A stretch of DNA of 64,000 bases from Candidatus Altiarchaeota archaeon (GTDB lineage Archaea > Altiarchaeota > Altiarchaeia > IMC4 > SCGC-AAA252-I15), in NCBI GenBank assembly GCA_043800255.1, contig JAZDNF010000013.1:32001-96000 (forward strand), in the 5' to 3' direction. The notes below the pieces were generated by a model. That model worked only from the letters and a program-made list of their open reading frames with translations, had not been told where the DNA came from and searched no databases. Shown piece after piece: positions 9,104-18,896 of the stretch. The position numbers and the translations under genes are program-made. Every line of letters begins with the position of its first letter. Position 1 is the first letter of the stretch.

Positions 9104-10372
9104 ATGGCTTATGAGGGTTTCGTTGACAGGAACTATGAGCCGGCAGAGGACGACATCATAGTATTGTTCTACGTTGAGCCTCCGGAAGGCAGAACCGTGG
9201 AGTGGAGCGCGGTCAGGATTGCCGGAGAGAGCAGCGTCGGCACGTGGACTGACGTCTCCACTGAGACGCCGAGAATTAAGAACGAGCTCGGCCCTAGGAT
9301 ATACGACGTTGACGAAAAAAACGGTCTGGCGAGGATAGCCTACCCCGCAGGACTGTTCGAGTACTCCAACATCCCCCAGATCATGTCAAGCGTAGCAGGC
9401 AACATCTACGGGATGAAGGAGATAAAGAATCTAAGACTGTTAGACCTCAGGATTCCGAAGAGGATGATAGAGGAACATAAGGGGCCGGCGTATGGCATCG
9501 AGGGAGTGAGGAAGGTCTTAGACGTCAAAGAGCGCCCCCTCGTCGGCACCATAGTCAAACCAAAGCTCGGTCTGAATACTGAAGAGCATGCGAAGGTGGC
9601 ATACGATGCATGGGTTGGGGGGTGCGACATCGTCAAAGACGACGAGAACCTCACGAGCCAGGACTTCAACCCGTTTGAGGAGAGGATCGTCAAGACGCTG
9701 GAGATGAGGGACAAGGCTGAGAAGGAAACCGGCGAGAGGAAGGTTTACATGCCGAACATCACCGCAGAAACCGATGAGATGATAAGGAGGGCGGAATACG
9801 TGAAAGAGCATGGCGGAGAGTACGTGATGGTTGACGTCATAACTGTGGGCTTCTCAGGCCTGCAAAGCCTTAGAAAGAACAGCCATGACCTGGTCCTCCA
9901 CGCACACAGGGCAATGCATGCCGCATTGACGAGGAACAAAAAGCACGGCATAACCATGCTCGCGCTGGCGAAACTCTACAGGCTCATCGGAATGGATCAA
10001 TTACATATTGGAACAGCAGTCGGGAAGATGGAAGGAGCAGCAAAGGAGGTTGTCAAGATCAAGGAGGAGATAACCGAGAAAACGGTTGACGAAAGCGAGT
10101 TCTCCCTGGAACAGGACTGGTTTAGCATAAAGCCGACCTTCCCGGTCTGCTCCGGAGGCCTGCACCCGGGACACGTTCCAGAGCTTATAAGATTGTTCGG
10201 CAAGGACATCATAATACAGGCCGGCGGCGGAGTCCACGGCCACCCTGACGGCACAATAGCGGGGGCGAAGGCGATGAGACAGGCAGTGGACGCTGCGATG
10301 TCGGGCATAACACTGGAGGAGCACTCCAAAAGGAACAGGGAACTCGCAGCTGCCTTGAAAAAATTCAGATAA
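9104..10372 (+). CDS. rbcL: RuBisCO large subunit, form III
   Basis: GESSVGTW, GTIVKPKLGL, KDDE, HAHRAMH, HIGTAVGKMEG, SGGLHP, QAGGGVHGHP. Confidence 0.96.
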   Translation: MAYEGFVDRNYEPAEDDIIVLFYVEPPEGRTVEWSAVRIAGESSVGTWTDVSTETPRIKNELGPRIYDVDEKNGLARIAYPAGLFEYSNIPQIMSSVAGNIYGMKEIKNLRLLDLRIPKRMIEEHKGPAYGIEGVRKVLDVKERPLVGTIVKPKLGLNTEEHAKVAYDAWVGGCDIVKDDENLTSQDFNPFEERIVKTLEMRDKAEKETGERKVYMPNITAETDEMIRRAEYVKEHGGEYVMVDVITVGFSGLQSLRKNSHDLVLHAHRAMHAALTRNKKHGITMLALAKLYRLIGMDQLHIGTAVGKMEGAAKEVVKIKEEITEKTVDESEFSLEQDWFSIKPTFPVCSGGLHPGHVPELIRLFGKDIIIQAGGGVHGHPDGTIAGAKAMRQAVDAAMSGITLEEHSKRNRELAAALKKFR

Positions 10373-10373
10373 C

Positions 10374-10517
10374 ATGGCTGAGGACGTTGGAACGCGGATC
10401 GTGAAGGAAGTCGTCCAGATCGGCATACTCCTGTTCATAATACGGTGGCTTTACGGCGTTCTGAGGGTCGAGCTCCTCGTATTAAAAGGGAGAAAACAAA
10501 GGGGTAAGAAGAAATGA
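10374..10517 (+). CDS. Small single-TM protein, 47 aa (absent from ORF track)
   Basis: MAEDVGTRIVKEVVQIGILLFIIRWLYGVLRVELLVLKGRKQRGKKK; starts 1 nt after the rbcL stop and has an ATGA overlap with the next gene. Confidence 0.7.
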   Translation: MAEDVGTRIVKEVVQIGILLFIIRWLYGVLRVELLVLKGRKQRGKKK

Positions 10518-10711
10518 ATTGCGGATTATGCGGCAGGCCTGTGTACGACAACCAGCCCATATGCGAAGGATGCAGAAAGTCCAGGAACACGAAAGGCAAG
10601 AGAGTCCAGAAGAAGTTCGACAGGGAGGAGAAGATAAAGAAGGCCTGGGGTTTCTCGCAGAAAGAGGAGGACGAGGAGGAAGAGGACGCGCAGGCCGCGT
10701 GGGTTGACTAG
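10514..10711 (+). CDS. Small Zn-finger protein with basic middle and acidic tail
   Basis: CGLC-x10-CEGC. Confidence 0.7.
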   Translation: MNCGLCGRPVYDNQPICEGCRKSRNTKGKRVQKKFDREEKIKKAWGFSQKEEDEEEEDAQAAWVD

Positions 10712-11676
10712 CGCCTTCTCCGGGAATGCTGCCGGTAATACTGAAGTGGATGTTTCACGTTGCAGGTTTGCTTGCAGAAGCCGTAGGATTTTATCTTAGG
10801 ACAGCTGGGGCACGAGTATTTCGTACCTCCGACGGAGCCCATGAGGAAATCCAGCTGATAGCCTGCCACAGTCTCGTTGTACTTCGGAGACCTCTCGAAT
10901 ATCTTGAGTATGGCCTCTTTAGTTAGGCCGAGCCCGGCGAAAAAGGTCCCGAGTATGAACATGCCGTTGTGGTTCAGGTTCCCCGACTCCAGGAACGAGA
11001 TGAGCTCCTTTATGCAAGGCGGAATCGCAGTATCATCCAACTGCTCTATCTTCATGCTCTTCTGTGGCGTGAATGTCACATCCTTGACTTTTGCCGCCTG
11101 TTTTTTCAGCATGTCCGGGACTGAAGCGAGTGGAACCGGCTCCTCCACAGCAGAGCGGATCTGCTCCCGCAGGAGTGCCAGTACCTCAGAGTCAGACAGG
11201 TTGGTATTCCCCCTGTCGACGACCCTGTTAACCAGCCTCCATCTTGGGTCGAACCTGGCCAGATGGGATGACAGTCTCACATAGTCAAGAACCTTGATTC
11301 TGCTGCCCTCAACCGGGAATGCCAGATCCCGCTTGATCGTCTCGACCAAATGCTTATCCTCAGACTTCAGCAGCTCGTAGGCTGAGTTCGCCTCGCCCTG
11401 GGCGTACCTTCTGATTACGTTCTGGTTCTTCGTCAGGTTGGCGAGTATTCTGGCAATCGGATAGCTTAGTATCGTAAGCTCCATGCCAACCCTGTCCTCC
11501 AGGTTGGGGCTCACCCGGTTGTTTAGGGAATTCAGAAGCCTCTGCCTTCCAAGCTCGAACGACGACGAGTAGACCGGATGCTTCAGGATGTCATCAAGCG
11601 ACAGGTTCAGCGATTTGACGAAATCCTTTGCCTCGCTGAGAAATGGATACTTGGCGAGAATTTCAAGATTGGACAT
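10708..11676 (-). CDS. priL: DNA primase large subunit
   Basis: KYPF, WRLVNR, PPCI, YSCPSC...C...C, HPLQYY. Confidence 0.92.
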   Translation of the reverse strand: MSNLEILAKYPFLSEAKDFVKSLNLSLDDILKHPVYSSSFELGRQRLLNSLNNRVSPNLEDRVGMELTILSYPIARILANLTKNQNVIRRYAQGEANSAYELLKSEDKHLVETIKRDLAFPVEGSRIKVLDYVRLSSHLARFDPRWRLVNRVVDRGNTNLSDSEVLALLREQIRSAVEEPVPLASVPDMLKKQAAKVKDVTFTPQKSMKIEQLDDTAIPPCIKELISFLESGNLNHNGMFILGTFFAGLGLTKEAILKIFERSPKYNETVAGYQLDFLMGSVGGTKYSCPSCPKIKSYGFCKQTCNVKHPLQYYRQHSRRRR

Positions 11677-11712
11677 GATGGTTTAAATTAGGGCATACAA
11701 TAAGAGCCTGAA

Positions 11713-12474
11713 CTAGAGTTCCAGCACCTCGAATCCAGAGCCCCTCACGAACTTTATCGGGTGTATGTTCTCGCTGTGGTCCGTGCCCCTCATCTTTTTG
11801 ATGGTGAGGCTCCTGCCCGCGGCCTCGCCGGACATCGTATAGTGCAGCTGTATTACCCCGTCAACGACGTAGCTTTCTATCCCCATCGTCATCGACTCAC
11901 GGTAGGGGGAGAGCTCGCTTATCATTATGGTCGTCAGGCCGGCGGCCTTGAGCTTGAAGTTCACGTAAAGGAGCATCCTCCTCACCTGGGTGGCATTCTC
12001 CATCATCAGGTCCAGCGCGGGGAGGCTGTCTATCACAACCCTCTTGGCGTTAACCTTCTTTGCGGTCTCTACGATGATGTCAAATATCTTCGAAGGCTGG
12101 GTTTCGCCTGGCAACACCTGGAAGCTGCCATCCTTCTTCTTTGCCATAAAATCGCCCAACTCTATTTTGGAGAGGCTGGCGTCTATTACAACAATCTTCT
12201 TCTCCCTCTCGAGGGAGTCCATGTCCAGGTTGAACGCCTTGATGTCTTTTTTTATCTCAGACGGGCTCTGCTCCAATGCCAGCAGTATTCCGTTTTCATT
12301 GTACTCTGATGCGCCCCTGCACAGGAACTCCACCCCGAATAGTGTCTTGCCTGTGCCCGTCTCCCCAGCGACCAGTATGGTCCTGCCCCTAGGGAGGCCG
12401 CCCTCGACAAGCTTGTCAAAGCCTTTTATTCCAGTCGGAACCCTCTCATAAATTTCGCTTTCAGAGTCCATCAA
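11713..12474 (-). CDS. KaiC/RAD55-like single-domain ATPase
   Basis: TGIKGFD, GETGTGKT, VVIDSL, KKMRGT. Confidence 0.9.
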   Translation of the reverse strand: MMDSESEIYERVPTGIKGFDKLVEGGLPRGRTILVAGETGTGKTLFGVEFLCRGASEYNENGILLALEQSPSEIKKDIKAFNLDMDSLEREKKIVVIDASLSKIELGDFMAKKKDGSFQVLPGETQPSKIFDIIVETAKKVNAKRVVIDSLPALDLMMENATQVRRMLLYVNFKLKAAGLTTIMISELSPYRESMTMGIESYVVDGVIQLHYTMSGEAAGRSLTIKKMRGTDHSENIHPIKFVRGSGFEVLEL

Positions 12475-14135
12475 CGCTCCCTCAACCGTTTTACTATGAA
12501 TACTATCGCAATAAGTAATAGGATGGGGATTACATAGTCTTTTATTACTGACCTGTCGATCCTCTCCTTAAGGTCTGAGTCTGTCTTGTTCTCTACGACA
12601 GTTATGTTCGTGTGAGCCGGCTTGTAGCCTGCACGCACCGCGCTCACCTGCCACACGCCAAGGAGGTCCGCCTTCACGACGGTCTTTACGTCAACGTTCG
12701 ACCGCATCTGCAGCTCGCTGCCGGAAGGCATCAGGATTTTCAGTATGGACGCTACCTTATTGCCTCCCTTGTCCGTGACGTCGATGTCCAAGTCCTGCCC
12801 GAGAAATATCTCCCTCGGCACGTTGACTATCAGTTTGGGCGTTACGATGTGCGTCGGGCATAGGTCGCACGGCCCTCCGCAGTCTATCCCAAGCTCGTTC
12901 TTGTCCTGATAGCCGTTGAAACAGTAACATGGCCTGCAGTCTCCGCCGCAGTCCACTTCCGCCTCGTTGCCGTTTTTGATTCCATCCTGGCACGTGCCAG
13001 GGACCTCGCACTGCAGTATGCTGAAGTACTTTTCAATGGACGGGTACTCGTCCCTTCTGGCGCTTACGATGTAAGTCCCGCCCTGGTAGAGCATTGTATT
13101 TGCCATGCCGCTCTCGTTGGTCTTCAGGTCTGTTATCGCATCGCCGCGATAGTAGAGCCTCAGCATGACGTCCTTCAGGACTTTCCCGGTTTCAGAGTCT
13201 CTGACGAGTATCTTCACAGGCTCGCTTAGGCAGGTCTTCTCTACGCTAGCGTCCAAATCCCCTATTATGGGAGGCAGCACCTTTACTGATACGAAGCTCG
13301 TCTCGCTGATTGAGCTGTTGGTGTATATCTTGAGGGTTGTATTGTAGGTCTCGTTTCTTGCGTCCTCCGGGATCCTGATGACCAGTTCAGCGTTCTCGTG
13401 GCTGTAGGGGTCTAACGCCTTTGAGGGGGGAATCACGCTGAGGACTGTCGAAGAGATGTTGTGTTCGTTTGATATCAAGTCTGTTTTTGTTATGGCATTG
13501 ACCATCACAGGCTCGCCTGCCGCCGACTGTATGTTGATCTGGAAGCTCCGTTCCAGGCCTGCTGGAACCTCCGCAGTTATTGATTGCACGGTGATGCACG
13601 CCGGACAGAACTGTCCTCCGCAGTCTACGAGCGTCTCGCCTGAGTCAAGCACGCCGTTGGTGCAGGTGTTTGAGTAGACTGTGAATTCCGCCGAGTCGGA
13701 GCGCAGGACGCCCCGGACGTCCTTGACATTCACCCTGCATTTCCATTTTCCAGGCGATGCGGCCGGGTATATGCTGAATCCGTAGAATATCTTCCGCGAC
13801 GTCACGTTCAGAGGCCGCACGAGGCCTGTGTCGGCTGAATAGTGAGTGCTGACGTGGTCAGCGCTGTCTTCCTCCGCTTTCTCGGCGTTCCATGCCACTG
13901 CGTTGATTTCCTCTATGTCGTCAAAGCCGTTCAGGTCTGTTACCGTGACATTGCACCACTCGGTCACAGTATTGTCGCCTTTCCCGTCCGATTTCAGGAT
14001 TACGTATTGTGTTACGTCAAGGCCTTCGATAACTGGCGGCACATTCCTTATGTCGACGCCAACTGTGACGTCTGCGCTGGAGAATGAAGCTAGGAGGAGG
14101 ACTGAGAATAGCAGGAGGTATCGGCTTTTTTGCAT
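12471..14135 (-). CDS. Secreted/surface protein with Ig-like domains, three Cys-rich C.(N/D)G......E..(V/I)DCGG repeats and a C-terminal TM anchor
   Basis: Signal peptide; CTNGVLDSGETLVDCGG, CQDGIKNGNEAEVDCGG, CFNGYQDKNELGIDCGG; terminal TM followed by KRLRER. Confidence 0.85.
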   Translation of the reverse strand: MQKSRYLLLFSVLLLASFSSADVTVGVDIRNVPPVIEGLDVTQYVILKSDGKGDNTVTEWCNVTVTDLNGFDDIEEINAVAWNAEKAEEDSADHVSTHYSADTGLVRPLNVTSRKIFYGFSIYPAASPGKWKCRVNVKDVRGVLRSDSAEFTVYSNTCTNGVLDSGETLVDCGGQFCPACITVQSITAEVPAGLERSFQINIQSAAGEPVMVNAITKTDLISNEHNISSTVLSVIPPSKALDPYSHENAELVIRIPEDARNETYNTTLKIYTNSSISETSFVSVKVLPPIIGDLDASVEKTCLSEPVKILVRDSETGKVLKDVMLRLYYRGDAITDLKTNESGMANTMLYQGGTYIVSARRDEYPSIEKYFSILQCEVPGTCQDGIKNGNEAEVDCGGDCRPCYCFNGYQDKNELGIDCGGPCDLCPTHIVTPKLIVNVPREIFLGQDLDIDVTDKGGNKVASILKILMPSGSELQMRSNVDVKTVVKADLLGVWQVSAVRAGYKPAHTNITVVENKTDSDLKERIDRSVIKDYVIPILLLIAIVFIVKRLRER

Positions 14136-14187
14136 CTTGGTTATATATCAGATGGCTATTTTAATATGTATTATTAATCTCTTAGGC

Positions 14188-14352
14188 ATGGTCAGCAAAA
14201 TCCACATCATAGGCACTGGAGCCATAATACTGATGGCGTTCATAGCGGTAATCGTTATACTAGTCCTTTGGATATACTTCGGCTACCATTATGAGGTCAT
14301 TACTCCGCCTCAGATCGCCCTTCAGGAGGTTACGAGCACTCTTGCGGTTTAG
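14188..14352 (+). CDS. Small membrane protein, 54 aa
   Basis: MVSKIHIIGTGAIILMAFIAVIVILVLWIYFGY...; divergent from the surface protein gene. Confidence 0.6.
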   Translation: MVSKIHIIGTGAIILMAFIAVIVILVLWIYFGYHYEVITPPQIALQEVTSTLAV

Positions 14353-14356
14353 GAGT

Positions 14357-14674
14357 TCATTTCCCAAGCAGCTTGGCTGGGAGCTCTTTCAGATAGGTTA
14401 TGCCCTCATCGAACTGTTTCTTGCCTTTTGCGGTTATCGTGTAGTATCTTCGCGGCCTGCCGGTCTGATGCACCCATTCGTCCTTCACGTATCCTCCCAT
14501 GTTCAGCTTGTAGAGGACCATGTAAGCTGTCATGTTGCCTATCGTGAACCCGAATTCCCTCTGTATTTTGTCCCTTATCTCGTAGGCGTAGAGCGGCCCC
14601 TTGTTCAGCAGGGACAGTATGTAAAGCCACAGGTTCTCCCGGGTTGTTTTCTCTTTTAGCCTCTTCAGCGGCAT
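14357..14674 (-). CDS. PadR family transcriptional regulator
   Basis: ILSLL..GPLYAYEI, YMVLYKL..GGYV, RPRRYYTITAKG. Confidence 0.92.
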   Translation of the reverse strand: MPLKRLKEKTTRENLWLYILSLLNKGPLYAYEIRDKIQREFGFTIGNMTAYMVLYKLNMGGYVKDEWVHQTGRPRRYYTITAKGKKQFDEGITYLKELPAKLLGK

Positions 14675-14689
14675 TTTTATAGTATGATG

Positions 14690-14728
14690 TTTTATAGGTA
14701 TAAAATATATATTTTATAGGTATAAAAT
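14690..14728. promoter_or_regulatory. Tandem palindromic operator candidates (TTTTATA-GG-TATAAAA x2)
   Basis: Identical 16-mers at 14690-14705 and 14712-14727 in the padR/ino1 divergent spacer. Confidence 0.75.
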
Positions 14729-14750
14729 ATTACATGACCATGTCGGTAAG

Positions 14751-15836
14751 ATGAAAAACATAAAAGTCGCAATAGTGGGAGTGGGAAACTGCGCATCATC
14801 GCTGGTGCAGGGGATAGAGTACTACAAGAACGTCACCGGGGACGACTCCCTGGTGCCAGGGCTGATGCACAACGTAATGGCAGGCTACAGGATATCCAAC
14901 ATAAGATTCGTCTGCGCATTCGACGTCGACTCTAAAAAAGTAGGGAAAGACCTGAGCGAAGCAGTTTTCGCAAAACCGAACTGCACCAAAAAATTCTCAA
15001 ACGTCCCGAAATGGGACGTCGAAGTCCGGAAGGGGCCGGTATTGGACGGTGTCGCAGACACTACCAGGGAGAAATTCTCGGTAGACCCCAAACAGAAGCC
15101 AGTGGACGTTAAAGAAGCGCTCAAAGAGTCAAAAGCGGAGGTGCTGATAAACTATCTCCCAGTCGGCTCAGAAGAGGCTGCAAGATTCTACGCGAACGAG
15201 TGCCTTGCGGCTGGAGTCGCGTTCATAAACGCCATGCCGGTTTTCATAGCATCCAACGAGGAGTGGGGGAAGAGGTTCAAGGAGGCCGGCATACCAACCA
15301 TAGGAGACGACATAAAATCCCAGGTCGGCGCCACGATAGTCCACAGAACCCTCACAAGACTGTTCGTCGACAGAGGAGTCAAACTGGACAACACATACCA
15401 GTTGAACGTCGGGGGCAACACGGACTTCCTGAACATGCTCGAAAGGCAGAGGCTGAAGTCGAAGAAGATAAGCAAGACGCAGTCAGTGCAGTCGCAGCTG
15501 CCAACCCAGCTGCCGCCGGACAACATCCACATAGGGCCGTCAGATTATGTGCCGTGGCTTAACGACAAGAAGCTGTGCTTCATAAGGATGGAGGGCAGGA
15601 AGTTCGGCGACGTTCCGATAAACATCGAACTGCGGCTGGATGTTGAGGACTCGCCGAACTCCGCCGGAGTCATGGTCGACGCCATAAGATGCGCGAAAAT
15701 AGCGCTGGACAGGAAGGTCGGGGGGCCGCTGACAAGCCCGTCGTCCTATTTTATGAAAAGCCCGCTAATACAATACACAGACGACGTGGCACGCCAGATG
15801 GTCGAAGAGTTCATAAAAGGGGAGAGGAACGCCTAA
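14751..15836 (+). CDS. ino1: myo-inositol-1-phosphate synthase
   Basis: [50 protein letters not shown]. Confidence 0.96.
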   Translation: MKNIKVAIVGVGNCASSLVQGIEYYKNVTGDDSLVPGLMHNVMAGYRISNIRFVCAFDVDSKKVGKDLSEAVFAKPNCTKKFSNVPKWDVEVRKGPVLDGVADTTREKFSVDPKQKPVDVKEALKESKAEVLINYLPVGSEEAARFYANECLAAGVAFINAMPVFIASNEEWGKRFKEAGIPTIGDDIKSQVGATIVHRTLTRLFVDRGVKLDNTYQLNVGGNTDFLNMLERQRLKSKKISKTQSVQSQLPTQLPPDNIHIGPSDYVPWLNDKKLCFIRMEGRKFGDVPINIELRLDVEDSPNSAGVMVDAIRCAKIALDRKVGGPLTSPSSYFMKSPLIQYTDDVARQMVEEFIKGERNA

Positions 15837-15837
15837 G

Positions 15838-16449
15838 TTGATAAAGTCAAAATTCGAGACCGAGTATCTGAGCATAAGGCTGGGGATGATATTCTCGAAG
15901 CTGCCGCTCTCAGCGAACACGTGGACCCTGTTTTCGCTCGTTCCAGCGCTACTGGGTTTCCTGTACCTTATAGACGAGAAGCTCATACCGGCCCTGATAC
16001 TGTTCATAATCTCTGGCATGATAGACGCGATAGACGGCTCGGTCGCAAGAGTCACCAAAAGCGTCTCAAACCTGGGCGCCTTCCTCGACGGCATAATCGA
16101 CAGATACGTCGAGCTGCTCCTATACGTAGGCCTCGTAATCTACCTGGGAGACGCCACGATATTCTCGACGCCGGTAACGGTCTGGGTAATACTGCTGGTC
16201 TTCGGATCGGTTATGCCGGCCTTCGTCAGAGCATACGCAGACCACAAGGGCGTTGTCACTGAACCAGAAGACCAGAGGAGGATGGGCGGCCTCCTGGAGC
16301 GGTTCGAGAGGCTTGTCCTGGTATATGCCGGCATGCTGGCAGGATACTACAACCCGCAGTATCTTGCGCTTTCCGTCGTCATCGTCGCGGTGGTGGCGAA
16401 CATCACAGCCCTTCAGAGGATACTGTTCGTCATATCATACGAAAGATAG
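15838..16449 (+). CDS. CDP-alcohol phosphatidyltransferase (probable archaetidylinositol phosphate synthase)
   Basis: DAIDGSVAR..GAFLDGIIDR; directly downstream of ino1. Confidence 0.88.
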   Translation: MIKSKFETEYLSIRLGMIFSKLPLSANTWTLFSLVPALLGFLYLIDEKLIPALILFIISGMIDAIDGSVARVTKSVSNLGAFLDGIIDRYVELLLYVGLVIYLGDATIFSTPVTVWVILLVFGSVMPAFVRAYADHKGVVTEPEDQRRMGGLLERFERLVLVYAGMLAGYYNPQYLALSVVIVAVVANITALQRILFVISYER

Positions 16450-16480
16450 CATTTTTACGCTGAGAAGATTATTCTATAAG

Positions 16481-16825
16481 ATGTCCGAGAACTTGAATCC
16501 CAGGGATTTGATGGATGCGCTGGTAGAAAAGCATGAGAGCTTCCTGAAATCCTACGAGGAGGAGTACGACTCCCTCAGGAGGATTGACGTCCTCAGCGAG
16601 AAGGTCGAGCAGCTGGACTTCTGGATCAAGATGAGGAGGGACGAAAGCGGGGATACGCAGAAAAAAAAGGACGTCACGAAGAAGGAGTTGGACTCGCTTA
16701 CCAAAAAGTACTCGATAAAGAACCCGCAGAAGAGGATGGAACTTCTGAAGGGGGGGATAAAGGAGCACAAGATAGCTCTCGAACACTGGAACAATGAACG
16801 AAGACGAGCTGAAAAGAAAGGTTGA
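16481..16825 (+). CDS. Hypothetical coiled-coil protein
   Basis: Charged helical sequence starting MSENLNP. Confidence 0.65.
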   Translation: MSENLNPRDLMDALVEKHESFLKSYEEEYDSLRRIDVLSEKVEQLDFWIKMRRDESGDTQKKKDVTKKELDSLTKKYSIKNPQKRMELLKGGIKEHKIALEHWNNERRRAEKKG

Positions 16826-17708
16826 CGAATTCAGGGCCAAGACGTCCAAGAGTGAAAGGGAGATAAAGGACATTTACGGAAAGATAAAGGCCGACCAGAT
16901 GGAGATAAAAAAGTCCAAACTCGAAAGGGACAAGTGCAACGCAGAGGTCAAGCGGCTCATGGAGGAGGCCAAGAAACTGAGGAACGAGAGAGACAAGCTG
17001 AACGACGAGGTCGCGCAACTGAAGAGGAAACACAAGGACATCGTCACGAAGACCAAAAAGCAGGCTGAGGAGATAAAGAAGTTCAAGAAGGAGAGAGACC
17101 AGCTGAACAAGCAGGCTAAGACGACCGACAGGGTCCTGGAGAAACGATTCAACAGGATGATGGAAAAGCTGAAGACCCAGGACATCCCCCTGGAGGATGA
17201 GATCAAGCTCTTCGACGATGTCCTGAAGACCGGGGTCGACCTCGATGTCGCAAAGAAGGCGACCAAAATCCACAACCAGATACTCAGCGAGTACATCAGC
17301 ATAAAGGACATGCGAAACCAGCTCGACCAGGTGTCGGGGGAAATCGATTCCAAAAAGAAGCTCGCCGACGAATGCCACCTGAAGGTGAAGGATACCTTCG
17401 AGCAGGCCGAAAAGCTCAGAACGCTGGCTGACAAACACCACGAGAAGGTCACGGAGGAGTTCGAGAAGATACGGCCGATGAAGGAGAGGATAGACGCGCT
17501 GAAGGCTGAAATCAGCATCATACACGATGAGATGAAGCCCTACAGCGACAAACTCGAGGAGATAAGGCGCGAGAGGGAAGACAAAAAGAGAATCGCAAGC
17601 GCCGAAAAAATAAAAGAGAAGCTGATGGGCAACAAGAGGATCAGCTTAGACGACTTCAGGATCATGCTTGAGCACGGCGGCCTCAAGCAGGAAGCAAAAA
17701 CGGACTAG
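16794..17708 (+). CDS. Archaeal coiled-coil protein (COG1340-like)
   Basis: ERDKCNAEV/ERDKLNDEV/ERDQLN heptads, ADKHHE, KL..NKRISLDD end. Confidence 0.8.
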   Translation: MNEDELKRKVDEFRAKTSKSEREIKDIYGKIKADQMEIKKSKLERDKCNAEVKRLMEEAKKLRNERDKLNDEVAQLKRKHKDIVTKTKKQAEEIKKFKKERDQLNKQAKTTDRVLEKRFNRMMEKLKTQDIPLEDEIKLFDDVLKTGVDLDVAKKATKIHNQILSEYISIKDMRNQLDQVSGEIDSKKKLADECHLKVKDTFEQAEKLRTLADKHHEKVTEEFEKIRPMKERIDALKAEISIIHDEMKPYSDKLEEIRREREDKKRIASAEKIKEKLMGNKRISLDDFRIMLEHGGLKQEAKTD

Positions 17709-18844
17709 GACAGCAGGAACTCTGTCTCATCCTCATCGAACCCGAACCGTTCCCTAAGCTCTTCCGCAGTCGCTTTCTTATTCTTTAGAAGCGCCCTCAG
17801 CAGGGGAACATACTGGGCGGATATCACCTTCGTCGAAGAGTGAACGTGGGGTTTCAGCTTCAACGCGATGCTGTTCTTTATCGACCTCTCCTTCTTCGTC
17901 CTTCCCATGCTGATTATCAGTGATGGGAACCGGTACTGCGCGAACTTCCTCGACTCGGGCTTGAATACGTTCACGCCCGCGGTCATGAGAGGCGTCGCAT
18001 ACCTCAGAAAGCCCCAGTACTGTCTGCTCGCTATCCTGCCCAGGAAGATGTCGGCTTTCGACAGGCTGCCGTAGGCGTCAGACAGCGACTTCTTGTCGTA
18101 GAGTGACGGGAGGTTCTCGTCAATCCACAATAGGACGTCCCTCGGCTGCTCGCTCAGGTCGTAGGTAGAGCGCATGACCTCCTCCAGGTCTGATGAGAAG
18201 AATACTGTGCTCAACGCCTGGTAGATGTCCTTCTCCCTGTCTCTCTGGCTGAGAATCTCAAGATCAGCGGGTTTTATGACAGCCTTGCCCTCGGCGATGC
18301 TCTCCAGGTCGTTCACAGCGCTTCTCACGTCCCCGTTAACGTTCTTGGATATCTCCTCGAGGACGTTCCCCTCAACCCGCACCCCCTCCTTCTGGCATAT
18401 GGCTGCGAGCAGCTTGGAGATGGATGCAGGATGCGGCCTCCTCATCTGGATCTTCTCGCACATCCTCTTGATGCTGCCGAGCTTTTTTGACTTGAGGTCT
18501 GAGGTTATGAGGAGGACAGGATTGCGGGCGTCCTTCAGCAGGCCTTCCACCTTGGCCGTCTGCTTCATAAGGTCGACATCGTCTACTAGGATAAGCTTTC
18601 TGCCGCCGTAAAGGCTGCCTGTCTGGGACAGCACTGCCGCGCCCTCGATGTTGTCGTCTGAGACGCTCACCAGTTCCATGCCAGCGTCTGCGGCAAGGCA
18701 CTCTATGAGGGTTGTCTTGCCGATTCCCGTAGCACCGTACAGTAATAGGGGAGACGACCAGTCATAGGACCTTAGACTGCTGATTACAGTATTATTTCCG
18801 ACAACCTCTGAGAGGGTCTTCGGTTTGTGCTTCTGAGTCCACAT
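17705..18844 (-). CDS. rfcL: Replication factor C large subunit
   Basis: WTQKHKPKTL, GATGIGKT, GDVRSAVNDL, WIDEN, SKADIFLGR. Confidence 0.92.
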   Translation of the reverse strand: MWTQKHKPKTLSEVVGNNTVISSLRSYDWSSPLLLYGATGIGKTTLIECLAADAGMELVSVSDDNIEGAAVLSQTGSLYGGRKLILVDDVDLMKQTAKVEGLLKDARNPVLLITSDLKSKKLGSIKRMCEKIQMRRPHPASISKLLAAICQKEGVRVEGNVLEEISKNVNGDVRSAVNDLESIAEGKAVIKPADLEILSQRDREKDIYQALSTVFFSSDLEEVMRSTYDLSEQPRDVLLWIDENLPSLYDKKSLSDAYGSLSKADIFLGRIASRQYWGFLRYATPLMTAGVNVFKPESRKFAQYRFPSLIISMGRTKKERSIKNSIALKLKPHVHSSTKVISAQYVPLLRALLKNKKATAEELRERFGFDEDETEFLLS

Positions 18845-18896
18845 CGCTTATAAATACTGTTTCACATTAGGTATTATTTAACATAGAGGTGATTGC

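Noticed and set aside
9104-10372. RuBisCO-like protein (form IV) or Calvin cycle
   Set aside because: Catalytic motifs of a true RuBisCO are intact and of form III type, and there is no rbcS or prk in the window.
11713-12474. Circadian KaiC clock
   Set aside because: Single-domain RAD55-like ATPase, common in archaea, with no kaiA/kaiB.
16698-17525. Long antisense ORFs (also 28795-29703, 50946-51689 and others)
   Set aside because: They are shadows of well-supported genes on the opposite strand, caused by codon bias.
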